From: an uncultured virus (IMG/VR IMGVR_UViG_3300028377_000002)
Lineage: Duplodnaviria; Heunggongvirae; Uroviricota; Caudoviricetes
Length of the DNA stretch: 20,000 nucleotides
Virus record (IMG/VR): IMGVR_UViG_3300028377_000002
Direction: 5' to 3' (one strand)
Shown one piece after another: positions 1 through 6,954 of the stretch (positions are counted from its first letter, which is position 1; every line of letters begins with the position of its first letter). The notes beneath the pieces are model-generated. The model did no database searches. It saw only the letters and a list, made by a program, of their open reading frames with translations, and was not told where the DNA came from. The position numbers were made by a program, and so were the translations under genes.

Positions 1-2
1 TC

Positions 3-266
3 CCTGTTAATGAATTCAGGATATTACACGATGTATTTGCTATAATATTTTTCGTGGGTGGGTAGTTCACAGTCACTTACTATTCCAACTCCCTATCCAA
101 AATAAAAAAGGTTATGTTTGCGATTCTCATTATGGTATCACTGACATTATTGTTGTCAGATGTTATAAATATTTTCGTGGCCGAATCGATAGGTATGTTT
201 TCTATGAGTTATTTTATGTTAGAAAAGCATTTATTTGTTAAATTAAATGAAAATGCTATTGCATGA
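3..266 (+). pseudogene. 3' part of a membrane-protein gene (runs off the left edge), interrupted only by an in-frame TAG at 63-65
   Basis: Frame 3 reads PVNEFRILHDVFAIIFFVGG*FTVTYYSNSLSKIKKVMFAILIMVSLTLLLSDVINIFVAESIGMFSMSYFMLEKHLFVKLNENAIA-TGA, with hydrophobic segments on both sides of the TAG. Confidence 0.6.
53..70 (+). mobile_element. IS200/IS605-type (TnpB) right-end remnant, copy 1
   Basis: CGTGGGTGGGTAGTTCAC is identical to 1291-1308 and 13583-13600. Confidence 0.7.
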
Positions 267-289
267 TATAAATATTATTTGTATTTTTG
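259..289 (+). promoter_or_regulatory. Bacteroidota sigma-A-type promoter (-33/-7)
   Basis: TTG(259-261)-N20-TATTTTTG(282-289). Confidence 0.65.
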
Positions 290-305
290 TCAGAAATAGA
301 ATAAT

Positions 306-722
306 ATGAGAGATTTATTTATTGAAAGCCTAGCGACCTCATTTAATTACTTCACAATGTGTAGAGGTACTGCACCTGTATCAAATGGTTTTAAATTATC
401 AATTCAAGGTGAATCGTTAGAGGACTCAGCATTTCTATACGAAAGACTTATAGGTTTTTTGGAAGGGAGTAAATGTTCATTTAAATTTGGGACCAATAGG
501 TTGATAAATTCTGGACATCCGCAACAGTCTAAAAAGTTACTTACAATTTATATACCAAATGATGTCGATGTTGAATCGTTTGCTGAGTTAGTATATCTAA
601 ACATCATCGATTACACAGGAGGTGATAAAGTTAAACAACCTGATAGTTACACTCATTACAAAAATGCGATATACTTCAGGAATGATAGGGACGAAAACGG
701 TGAATATATTTCAGCAAACTAA
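306..722 (+). CDS. hypothetical protein, weakly resembling the RamC/LanKC N-terminal (OspF-like) lyase domain
   Basis: 138-aa ORF after a promoter; GFKLSI...SFKFG...KLLTIYIP...IYFR echoes the GWKIH...FKF...GKFITIYP...YYRY pattern. Confidence 0.55.
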   Translation: MRDLFIESLATSFNYFTMCRGTAPVSNGFKLSIQGESLEDSAFLYERLIGFLEGSKCSFKFGTNRLINSGHPQQSKKLLTIYIPNDVDVESFAELVYLNIIDYTGGDKVKQPDSYTHYKNAIYFRNDRDENGEYISAN

Positions 723-729
723 ATAGAAT

Positions 730-1149
730 ATGAATTTTAAGAAAAAAGATTTGGAGTTAAAAGAAACTAATAATCACGCTAATGTAGTGCTTATAAACCC
801 AGAAGGGTATATTTGTCTAGTCTCTAGGAAAGACAATCACACTGATTTCGGTTTGATTGGAGGTAAAGTAGAAGATGGTGAGAGTTATGAAGATGCCGCA
901 GTGAGAGAAACTAGGGAAGAAACTGGTTTAGAGATAAGAAACTTAAGGTTAATATTTGCAATGCATAAATCAGGTAATATGGGAAAGACCTTTATTGCTG
1001 ATTATTCAGGAGAAATTAACTATGATAAGGATGCTGAACCACATGTAGTTAAATGGGGTGCAATTCAAGAAGCTATCGATGGTAAATTCGGTTATTGGAA
1101 CGCCTTAGTTAAGGAGTGTCTATTGAGTTTGGGCGTTAATTTTAGATAA
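730..1149 (+). CDS. NUDIX hydrolase
   Basis: Nudix box GGKVEDGESYEDAAVRETREETGL. Confidence 0.92.
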   Translation: MNFKKKDLELKETNNHANVVLINPEGYICLVSRKDNHTDFGLIGGKVEDGESYEDAAVRETREETGLEIRNLRLIFAMHKSGNMGKTFIADYSGEINYDKDAEPHVVKWGAIQEAIDGKFGYWNALVKECLLSLGVNFR

Positions 1150-1165
1150 TAAAAGTAAAATATGA

Positions 1166-1308
1166 AATATTCTAAAAGAAGGTTTAAAAATATATGGTGA
1201 GGAACTCGCCATTACAAAGGTGGAGAGGAAATCAGACGTTAGTAATAACGCACACTCTATGAAGCCCGAAGCCCATCCCATCGCCTCTGGCGTGGGTGGG
1301 TAGTTCAC
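1166..1308 (+). mobile_element. tnpB: tnpB 3' remnant with IS200/IS605 right end (probable omega/reRNA scaffold), copy 2
   Basis: Translates NILKEGLKIYGEELAITKVERKSDVSNNAHSMKPEAHPIASGVGG-TAG, typical of the TnpB tail after the DRDxNAAxNI motif; ends in a GC-rich hairpin GCCCATCCCA..TGGGTGGGT plus AGTTCAC. Confidence 0.75.
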
Positions 1309-1361
1309 TATTGCAATGTGAATTTCTATATAGAAATTTAGAATTACTTAGTTTTGATTAA

Positions 1362-1832
1362 ATGAAGAAAGAAGATAAAAAAATAGTCTATGTTGATATG
1401 GACGGTGTTTTGTGTGATTATCATGGGGCGTACAGTGATGCAATTAAAATAAATCCCAAAATAGAATATCCGCAATCTCAACATGGGTTTTTCTCGAATT
1501 TAGAACCAATAACAGGTGCTATTGAATCAATGAGGTGGTTGTTGGAATCTAAGTTTTTTGATGTTCATATATTAACAGCACCTAGTATTCATAATCCTAT
1601 GTCTTACACTGAAAAAAGAGTTTGGGTTGAAAAGTGGTTAGGTTTTGATATGGTTAAAAAACTAATTATCACACGAAATAAAGGATTAAATAAAGGTGAT
1701 TTTTTAATAGATGATAATACAGAAGGTAACGGCCAAAGTAAGTTCGAGGGTGAGCTTATACATTTTGGGTCAGAAAGTTTTCCAACGTGGATAGAAGTAT
1801 CAATTTTTTTAAATAAATTGTATGAAAAGTAA
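1362..1832 (+). CDS. 5'(3')-deoxyribonucleotidase (HAD, NT5C family)
   Basis: YVDMDGVL motif I, ILTAP, EKRVWV, LIDD motif. Confidence 0.9.
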   Translation: MKKEDKKIVYVDMDGVLCDYHGAYSDAIKINPKIEYPQSQHGFFSNLEPITGAIESMRWLLESKFFDVHILTAPSIHNPMSYTEKRVWVEKWLGFDMVKKLIITRNKGLNKGDFLIDDNTEGNGQSKFEGELIHFGSESFPTWIEVSIFLNKLYEK

Positions 1833-2166
1833 AGTTTACAAAGAATTAAATAAAGACATCAAATCAATTTTGTTAATCACAGATGGTTGGTTAGTTGGTA
1901 ATGCGGTTAAAAATATCACTGAGGATAAATAAGTGAGGGACTTTGATATAATTGTTCCAAGTAGAGAAAAGTTTCAAGAAATGATACACATGCAAATTAA
2001 CTTATTTCAATATAACATTAATAGCTACGGTGGGATTAAACTAAGTTTAGATGGTAATAGTGTCGACATATGGTGTGAAGAGTTATCACACTTCATAAGA
2101 AACGCTAATAAGGTAACATTTGCCTATAACTATAAAGGCAATATTTCACTTAGTAATGAAAATTAA
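1822..2166 (+). pseudogene. nucleotidyltransferase (CCA/poly(A)-polymerase head-like) with one in-frame TAA at 1930-1932
   Basis: ATG 1822 reads MKSKVYKELNKDIKSILLITDGWLVGNAVKNITEDK*VRDFDIIVP..., in frame with ORF 1933-2166; GWLVG and DxD motifs flank the stop. Confidence 0.7.
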
Positions 2167-2183
2167 TTAATAAATATAAGATA

Positions 2184-3314
2184 ATGGAATTATCAGTAGT
2201 AACATACATCAAAAAACACGGTTTAGAAAAAACAGTGGAAGACTTTAAGTTGAAGTGTAAAGATTACGGACATAAAATTCTTTTAAAATATGACCAATTA
2301 GAATCCGATATGGCTTTTATGGAAGCTAGAGAATGTCGTGGTTTGATTTTAGAAAAAGATACTTGGAAAGTCATGAGCCTTGCTTTCATCCGCTTCTTTA
2401 ATTCAGCCGAAGGTCACGCATCTAAGATTGATTGGAATACTGCCATTATATTTTCAAAAGAAGATGGCTCTTTAATTCAATTATATTGGGATTGGGTTAC
2501 CGAAAGATGGTGTGTTGGTACAAGCGGTATGGCTGAGGCTGAAGGTGAGGTAAATGAAAAAGAAGGTACTACATTCTCAAGATTATTTTGGGATACTGTT
2601 GGAGGTAGATATGGTTTTAATGTTACTAACTTAGTTAAAGGTAGGACCTATGCTTTTGAATTAATGACACCATATAATATCGTTGTAAAACCACATGGTG
2701 TTTCTTCAGTAGCTTTATTGGGTGTTAGAGATTTAAGGTCTTTAAATGAGTTAACATACACTCAATTAGAGTTGGTGGCTAAAGATATAAACGTACCATT
2801 AGTTGAAGTAATCGATATTAATGCTTCAAACGCTGGTCACTTAATGGGAACTTTTGAAGGTATGCCTTTTACAGAAGAAGGTTATGTAGTTTGTGATGCT
2901 AATTTCAATAGAATTAAAATTAAGAACCCAGCTTATGTAGCGATGCATCACACTAAAAGTAAATTAGGTAATCATCACATTTTAGAAGTGTTGAAAACTA
3001 ATGAGATAGATGAATGGGTAGCTACATTTCCAGAGAGGTCCGAAGAAATAATAAACCTTAAAAATGCTTTAAATAAGCTAACGGATGATTTGAAAAATTC
3101 TTGGGTAGAATTAAAACCGTACAAACCAAAAAATATAACTAAAAGTGAACAAAAAAAGTTTGCTATGAAAGTTTTTGAGGTGAATAATAAGAATTTTTCA
3201 AATAAGAGACATACTGGTTTATTCTTTGGACTCAAAGATGGTAAAATCAAATCGGTTAGAGATTATATAAACAATATGAACAATAAAGAGTTATATAATA
3301 TCCTAACTAATTAA
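2184..3314 (+). CDS. T4 Rnl1-like RNA ligase
   Basis: ECRGLIL, RFFN, KEDGSL (motif I), FEL, EGYVV, KIK motifs. Confidence 0.9.
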   Translation: MELSVVTYIKKHGLEKTVEDFKLKCKDYGHKILLKYDQLESDMAFMEARECRGLILEKDTWKVMSLAFIRFFNSAEGHASKIDWNTAIIFSKEDGSLIQLYWDWVTERWCVGTSGMAEAEGEVNEKEGTTFSRLFWDTVGGRYGFNVTNLVKGRTYAFELMTPYNIVVKPHGVSSVALLGVRDLRSLNELTYTQLELVAKDINVPLVEVIDINASNAGHLMGTFEGMPFTEEGYVVCDANFNRIKIKNPAYVAMHHTKSKLGNHHILEVLKTNEIDEWVATFPERSEEIINLKNALNKLTDDLKNSWVELKPYKPKNITKSEQKKFAMKVFEVNNKNFSNKRHTGLFFGLKDGKIKSVRDYINNMNNKELYNILTN

Positions 3315-3360
3315 TTTAAAGTACAGTTTTGTTTCATCTTTAATGTAAATATAATATAAA

Positions 3361-3392
3361 TTTGGTAAATTACGTTTTTTTATGTATATTTG
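3361..3392 (+). promoter_or_regulatory. Bacteroidota-type promoter
   Basis: TTTG(3361-3364)-N20-TATATTTG(3385-3392). Confidence 0.75.
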
Positions 3393-3410
3393 TCAAATAA
3401 TATAATTGTC

Positions 3411-3716
3411 ATGAATAAAAGTATTGAATTAAAGGGTCAAAAGTTTTTCTACAAAATTGATTCATATGATTGTGGTGAATATGGCGCAACAGAGTGTTAC
3501 ACAACAAAATTTTACAAATACAATGGTGTAGGTGAGCGCAAAAAATATTGGTTTTTTGGCCCGACTGTTAAATATGACAAATATAAACGTGTTTTTACCC
3601 TACAAGTAAACATAGAAAACCCAAGTCATACTAAAGAAGAAATTAGGGCGTTATTAAAATCTAAATTAGTAGAATATAATAGAAAACAAGAAATTGAAAA
3701 AGGAGAGATAATATGA
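3411..3716 (+). CDS. hypothetical protein (start moved to ATG 3411)
   Basis: The ORF-track TTG start at 3390 lies inside the -7 promoter box; next in-frame ATG is 3411. Confidence 0.7.
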   Translation: MNKSIELKGQKFFYKIDSYDCGEYGATECYTTKFYKYNGVGERKKYWFFGPTVKYDKYKRVFTLQVNIENPSHTKEEIRALLKSKLVEYNRKQEIEKGEII

Positions 3717-3916
3717 AAACATTACCTAAGACAGCTTCCAACCCTGATGCTATCATAGTCAAGTTAGCTGATAGAATTGCCAACATTGAACATGGTGGTA
3801 AAGTTGAAATGTATGCTAAAGAGTATGATGAATTTAAAGGCGCTTTACAGTTGACCTCACCATCATCCGCAGCAGATATGTGGAAATACTTAGATAATTT
3901 ATTACTAATTAAATGA
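3713..3916 (+). pseudogene. C-terminal remnant of a RelA/SpoT-type HD-domain hydrolase (SAH/Mesh1-like)
   Basis: AIIVKLADRIAN motif begins about 13 residues after the start; the HD/EDT catalytic half is missing. Confidence 0.65.
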
Positions 3917-4623
3917 ATAAAGAAGATTTAATACATTTACGTGATACGCTTAAAGTAAGTGGTGAATTAAAAGGTAAAGATAAAGAAACTATGAGTAAAG
4001 TCTTAAAAAAAGAGATGAGTGAACACATCTTAAAAGAACTTAATATCGAAGGGGAAGTACTAGCTATTTTCCCTTACGGTTCTCGTGTGTATGGAACAGC
4101 CACTAAAGATTCAGACCGTGATTACATCATAGTCATGAAAAGTGCTATGTTGGATAATGGAGCATTCAGAAATAATGCAATATCTAATGAAGACTATTCA
4201 ATTCAAGGTGTAGTTTATTCCAGAGGTGGTTTTATAGATGCCATTAATAGATACGAGATAGGTGCGCTAGAGTGTATATCTTTACCTGAAGATAAAGTTA
4301 TTCTTAAGAAATGGCCATTTAAGGTTACTAAATGGAACGAGAAGGAAATGATTAAAGCTATCATAAGAAAAGCATCGGACAGTTTACATTATTCAAAAAT
4401 GGCATCTAAGAACGGTGATAACGAACGTGCTATTAAAAGTATGTATCACTCTCTTAGAATATTAAGCTTTGGTCTACAATTAAAAGAATATAAGAAAATA
4501 GTAGACTTTAAAGCGTCAAATGATTTGTATGACATATTTATGCATATAGAGTCAGAAGGTTTTGACACTAGAGATTACTTTGATATGTTTGAGTATTTAT
4601 CTAACATGTTAAAAAATAAATAA
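3913..4623 (+). CDS. Pol-beta superfamily nucleotidyltransferase
   Basis: PYGSRVYGTATKDSDRDY (GS...DxD) motif followed by a helical C-terminal domain. Confidence 0.85.
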   Translation: MNKEDLIHLRDTLKVSGELKGKDKETMSKVLKKEMSEHILKELNIEGEVLAIFPYGSRVYGTATKDSDRDYIIVMKSAMLDNGAFRNNAISNEDYSIQGVVYSRGGFIDAINRYEIGALECISLPEDKVILKKWPFKVTKWNEKEMIKAIIRKASDSLHYSKMASKNGDNERAIKSMYHSLRILSFGLQLKEYKKIVDFKASNDLYDIFMHIESEGFDTRDYFDMFEYLSNMLKNK

Positions 4624-4656
4624 AGTTTTTTCATTATTCCCTTGCATATTTAAATA

Positions 4657-4664
4657 TATATTTG
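4657..4664 (+). promoter_or_regulatory. -7 promoter box ahead of the suppressor tRNA / PTH2 unit
   Basis: TATATTTG 13 nt before the tRNA; upstream TTG at 4642 has a non-canonical 12-nt spacer. Confidence 0.55.
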
Positions 4665-4677
4665 CAATGGAATAATT

Positions 4678-4750
4678 GGTCGATTAGCTCAGTTGGAAGA
4701 GCGGGAGATTCTAAACCTCTTAGTCATCGGTTCGAACCCGATATCGACCA
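4678..4750 (+). tRNA. amber suppressor tRNA, anticodon CTA (4711-4713)
   Basis: Acceptor GGTCGAT/ATCGACC, A73; D-arm GCTC/GAGC; anticodon stem GGAGA/CCTCT (G-U and A.C ends) with loop TT-CTA-AA; T-arm ATCGG-TTCGAAC-CCGAT; 73 nt, no encoded CCA. Confidence 0.88.
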
Positions 4751-4785
4751 CTAAATAAAAATGTGTAACTTAAAAACAAAAAAAA

Positions 4786-5154
4786 ATGAAAGACACTTAG
4801 ATTGCAAGGCAAGAACCTCAGAAACTCTACGTAGTGGGGAGAAAAGATTTACCACTATCCTATCAGGCTGTCCAAATGGGTCACGCCGCAATAGACTTCC
4901 AACATAAACACTCAAGTATAGCAAAAGACTGGAATCAAAATTCAAACTATTTAGTATTCCTCAGCGCTAAAGATGAGAAACATTTAGAAGTCTTACTTCA
5001 AAAAGCAGAGTTCAAGGGTCTCAAAACAACTTCTTTTAGAGAACCTGACATCAACAACGAACTTACAGCTATTACAATAGAACCATCTAAAATTACTAAA
5101 AAGTTAGTTTCTAACTTACCGTTATTTGGAAAAAAGGTATCGTCATGTGTATAA
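4786..5154 (+). CDS. PTH2-family peptidyl-tRNA hydrolase with in-frame TAG at codon 5 (4798-4800)
   Basis: ATG AAA GAC ACT TAG ATT... reads MKDT*IARQEPQKLYVVGRKDLPLSYQAVQMGHAA...FREPDINNELTAITI...LPL; the PTH2 first strand KLYV lies upstream of the ORF-track GTG start (4834). Confidence 0.8.
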
Positions 5155-5408
5155 TTGAACATAACGAAAAGCCAGATAGAGTGATATTTCATTTTAATAA
5201 AGCTCACTTATCCGATTCTGCAATACCTATGTGGGTGTTAAAAAGTAAAGGTAAGACTCATTACGTAAACCATGTTGAGTTCGATTCAGGAATTGGTTTT
5301 AGGACCAAGGAAACTCCAGATTCTAACCATACTAAAGGTAGTATTCAAATAAAAGGTCGTTTAAAGATAACGGAAGAAGATAGTCAAACAATTGGTGAAA
5401 TTTACTAA
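5145..5408 (+). CDS. hypothetical phage protein
   Basis: 87-aa ORF overlapping the PTH2 stop; normal codon usage. Confidence 0.75.
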   Translation: MCIIEHNEKPDRVIFHFNKAHLSDSAIPMWVLKSKGKTHYVNHVEFDSGIGFRTKETPDSNHTKGSIQIKGRLKITEEDSQTIGEIY

Positions 5409-5412
5409 AATA

Positions 5413-5444
5413 TTTGGTTATAACATAAAAACAACTTATATTTG
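5413..5444 (+). promoter_or_regulatory. Bacteroidota-type promoter
   Basis: TTTG(5413-5416)-N20-TATATTTG(5437-5444). Confidence 0.75.
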
Positions 5445-5463
5445 TAAGGTAAAATTATAAAAG

Positions 5464-5994
5464 ATGGAAATATTAATAGTAGAAGCAATAAAAACTTTAC
5501 ACTCAGGTCATAAAAATATCAAGTATTTGGTGGCTAATAATGAAGTTTATGGTTATGATGATGTGAATGACTTGGCTGAGTACGTAGCTGAAGAATGGGG
5601 CAATAGGGATGTAGGTGGTCATAACAATGGTTATTTCTTGGAGTGGAATATCGTAGAAGATGAGGAAGTTAAAACAATTGCTTTAAACGCTGAAGTATCT
5701 AATATAGAAAATAAAATTAAATACCTAAACTTGAATGTTGAAGTATTGAAAAGGTTTGCTACAGAAGAAGGTTTACCAATAACCAATGGTAGTACAACAA
5801 GTTTTCTTTTAAGTAAAGGGTACGAAGAATTAGAATGTCCTAAATGCGAAACTTTGTGTAAACCTGTCAATAAAAAAAGCGACGGTACTATTGTTTACGA
5901 AAACCACAAGTGTATTGTTAATGGTCGTCACGGTGAAGAATTTAGAATCACGAAGAGTTTCAGCATTAATGCTAATGGTGAACTAATAAAATAA
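5464..5994 (+). CDS. hypothetical protein with possible C-terminal zinc ribbon
   Basis: 176-aa ORF after a promoter; CPKC...HKC. Confidence 0.7.
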   Translation: MEILIVEAIKTLHSGHKNIKYLVANNEVYGYDDVNDLAEYVAEEWGNRDVGGHNNGYFLEWNIVEDEEVKTIALNAEVSNIENKIKYLNLNVEVLKRFATEEGLPITNGSTTSFLLSKGYEELECPKCETLCKPVNKKSDGTIVYENHKCIVNGRHGEEFRITKSFSINANGELIK

Positions 5995-5996
5995 TT

Positions 5997-6296
5997 ATGG
6001 AATATATTAAAGAAACAACAATACCAAAAGAAAAATGGGGTGTTCATGAACATCATTGTTGTGAGAGGCACGGCTGTAAGTATGGTCACGAAGACTGTCC
6101 AGTTAGTCTCGGTATGATTAAACAAAAATACCCTTGTGAAATTTGTTCAGATGAAGAGTTTGAAAAAGATTATCTCATGAATGAAAGGGGTTACAGGTTA
6201 GGTTTAATTGATGATATTTTGAAGTATCACGATAGATTTACTGAAGAAGAAAAACAAAAAATCATCGAAATGGGTGAGTTTTTCAAAAATAAATAA
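5997..6296 (+). CDS. Cys/His-rich hypothetical protein, putative metal-binding
   Basis: VHEHHCCERHGCKYGHEDCPV...CEIC. Confidence 0.75.
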   Translation: MEYIKETTIPKEKWGVHEHHCCERHGCKYGHEDCPVSLGMIKQKYPCEICSDEEFEKDYLMNERGYRLGLIDDILKYHDRFTEEEKQKIIEMGEFFKNK

Positions 6297-6301
6297 TAAA
6301 T

Positions 6302-6373
6302 GCGCAGGTTCCAGAGCGGCTATGGTGTTGCCCCGCAAGGCAATGTAGGGTGGTTCGAATCCATCCCTGTGCT
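6302..6373 (+). tRNA. atypical tRNA or pseudo-tRNA (U73, Gly/Cys-like body) with aberrant anticodon loop
   Basis: Acceptor GCGCAGG/CCTGTGC plus T73; T-arm GGTGG-TTCGAAT-CCATC; anticodon stem GTTGC/GCAAT closes an 8-nt loop CCCGCAAG with no U33. Confidence 0.7.
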
Positions 6374-6389
6374 CTTAAAATTAAATAAA

Positions 6390-6473
6390 ATGAAATAGAT
6401 AAAAATTAGAGGTCCAACTTACGTAGTTTTCAATTAGGAGATTAAAAAAAATAACAAAATACGTAAAATTTAA
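6390..6473 (+). other. candidate amber-interrupted mini-ORF / leader
   Basis: ATG AAA TAG ATA AAA ATT AGA GGT CCA ACT TAC GTA GTT TTC AAT TAG ... ATT TAA, ending 4 nt before ATG 6478. Confidence 0.4.
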
Positions 6474-6477
6474 AAAT

Positions 6478-6870
6478 ATGAAAACTACAGAAGAACTAAT
6501 TAAAGAAGGTGTAGAGTACTTTAACAAAACAGGAAAACACCTATACAGTTCAATGAATCCAGAAGGAGAACACGTTGAATACTACTATGTTTATACCGCT
6601 AATAAAGATGGTGTAGATTATGAAGTAAAAATAAGGTTTAACATTGATGATTATGTAAGAGCTAGATACTTTAGGATTGACAAGTTTCCATGTCATAAGG
6701 TTGAACATAGTCAGAGATGCTTTCATTTTTATGAAAACTTTAAATCAGTTAAACAGAATAAGTATTTAAAAAATGTCTTAAATCTAATTAAAAAATATGT
6801 TGAGAAAAATATTGACACCTCAACTTACTGTCATAACACCGAATACAAGGCGGTGATGGATAATAAATAA
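6478..6870 (+). CDS. hypothetical protein
   Basis: 130-aa ORF with A-rich start context, followed by a terminator. Confidence 0.75.
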   Translation: MKTTEELIKEGVEYFNKTGKHLYSSMNPEGEHVEYYYVYTANKDGVDYEVKIRFNIDDYVRARYFRIDKFPCHKVEHSQRCFHFYENFKSVKQNKYLKNVLNLIKKYVEKNIDTSTYCHNTEYKAVMDNK

Positions 6871-6900
6871 GTGGGATAAATTCCCGCTTATTTTTATTTT
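6866..6900 (+). terminator. intrinsic terminator
   Basis: AATAAGTGGGA-TAAAT-TCCCGCTTATT stem followed by a T-rich tract. Confidence 0.75.
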
Positions 6901-6901
6901 A

Positions 6902-6933
6902 TTTGGTTATTACATAATAAATGTCTATATTTG
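6902..6933 (+). promoter_or_regulatory. Bacteroidota-type promoter
   Basis: TTTG(6902-6905)-N20-TATATTTG(6926-6933). Confidence 0.75.
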
Positions 6934-6954
6934 TCCCTAACAAAAATGTAAAAG

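Noticed and set aside
41..180. Imperfect direct repeat around TATA..ATTTTCGTGG at 41-57 and near 164-180
   Set aside because: Low complexity; both copies encode similar hydrophobic I/F/V residues in one frame, so probably chance
1120..1308. Minus-strand 62-aa ORF (MNYPPTPEAMGWAS...)
   Set aside because: Antisense shadow of the IS right end and tnpB tail
1309..1325. TnpB guide self-targeting the promoter near 4659 (TATTTGCAATG)
   Set aside because: Only a short AT-rich partial match; not significant
4678..4750. tRNA-Arg(TCT) or tRNA-Pyl interpretation
   Set aside because: The TCT register breaks the anticodon stem and standard numbering; the canonical D loop, 5-nt variable loop and TTCGA T loop are unlike tRNA-Pyl
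4761..4907. Alternative ORF from ATG 4761, or a frameshift at the A9 run that bypasses the TAG
   Set aside because: That frame lacks PTH2 motifs, and a shift at the A-run would still meet the TAG at 4798
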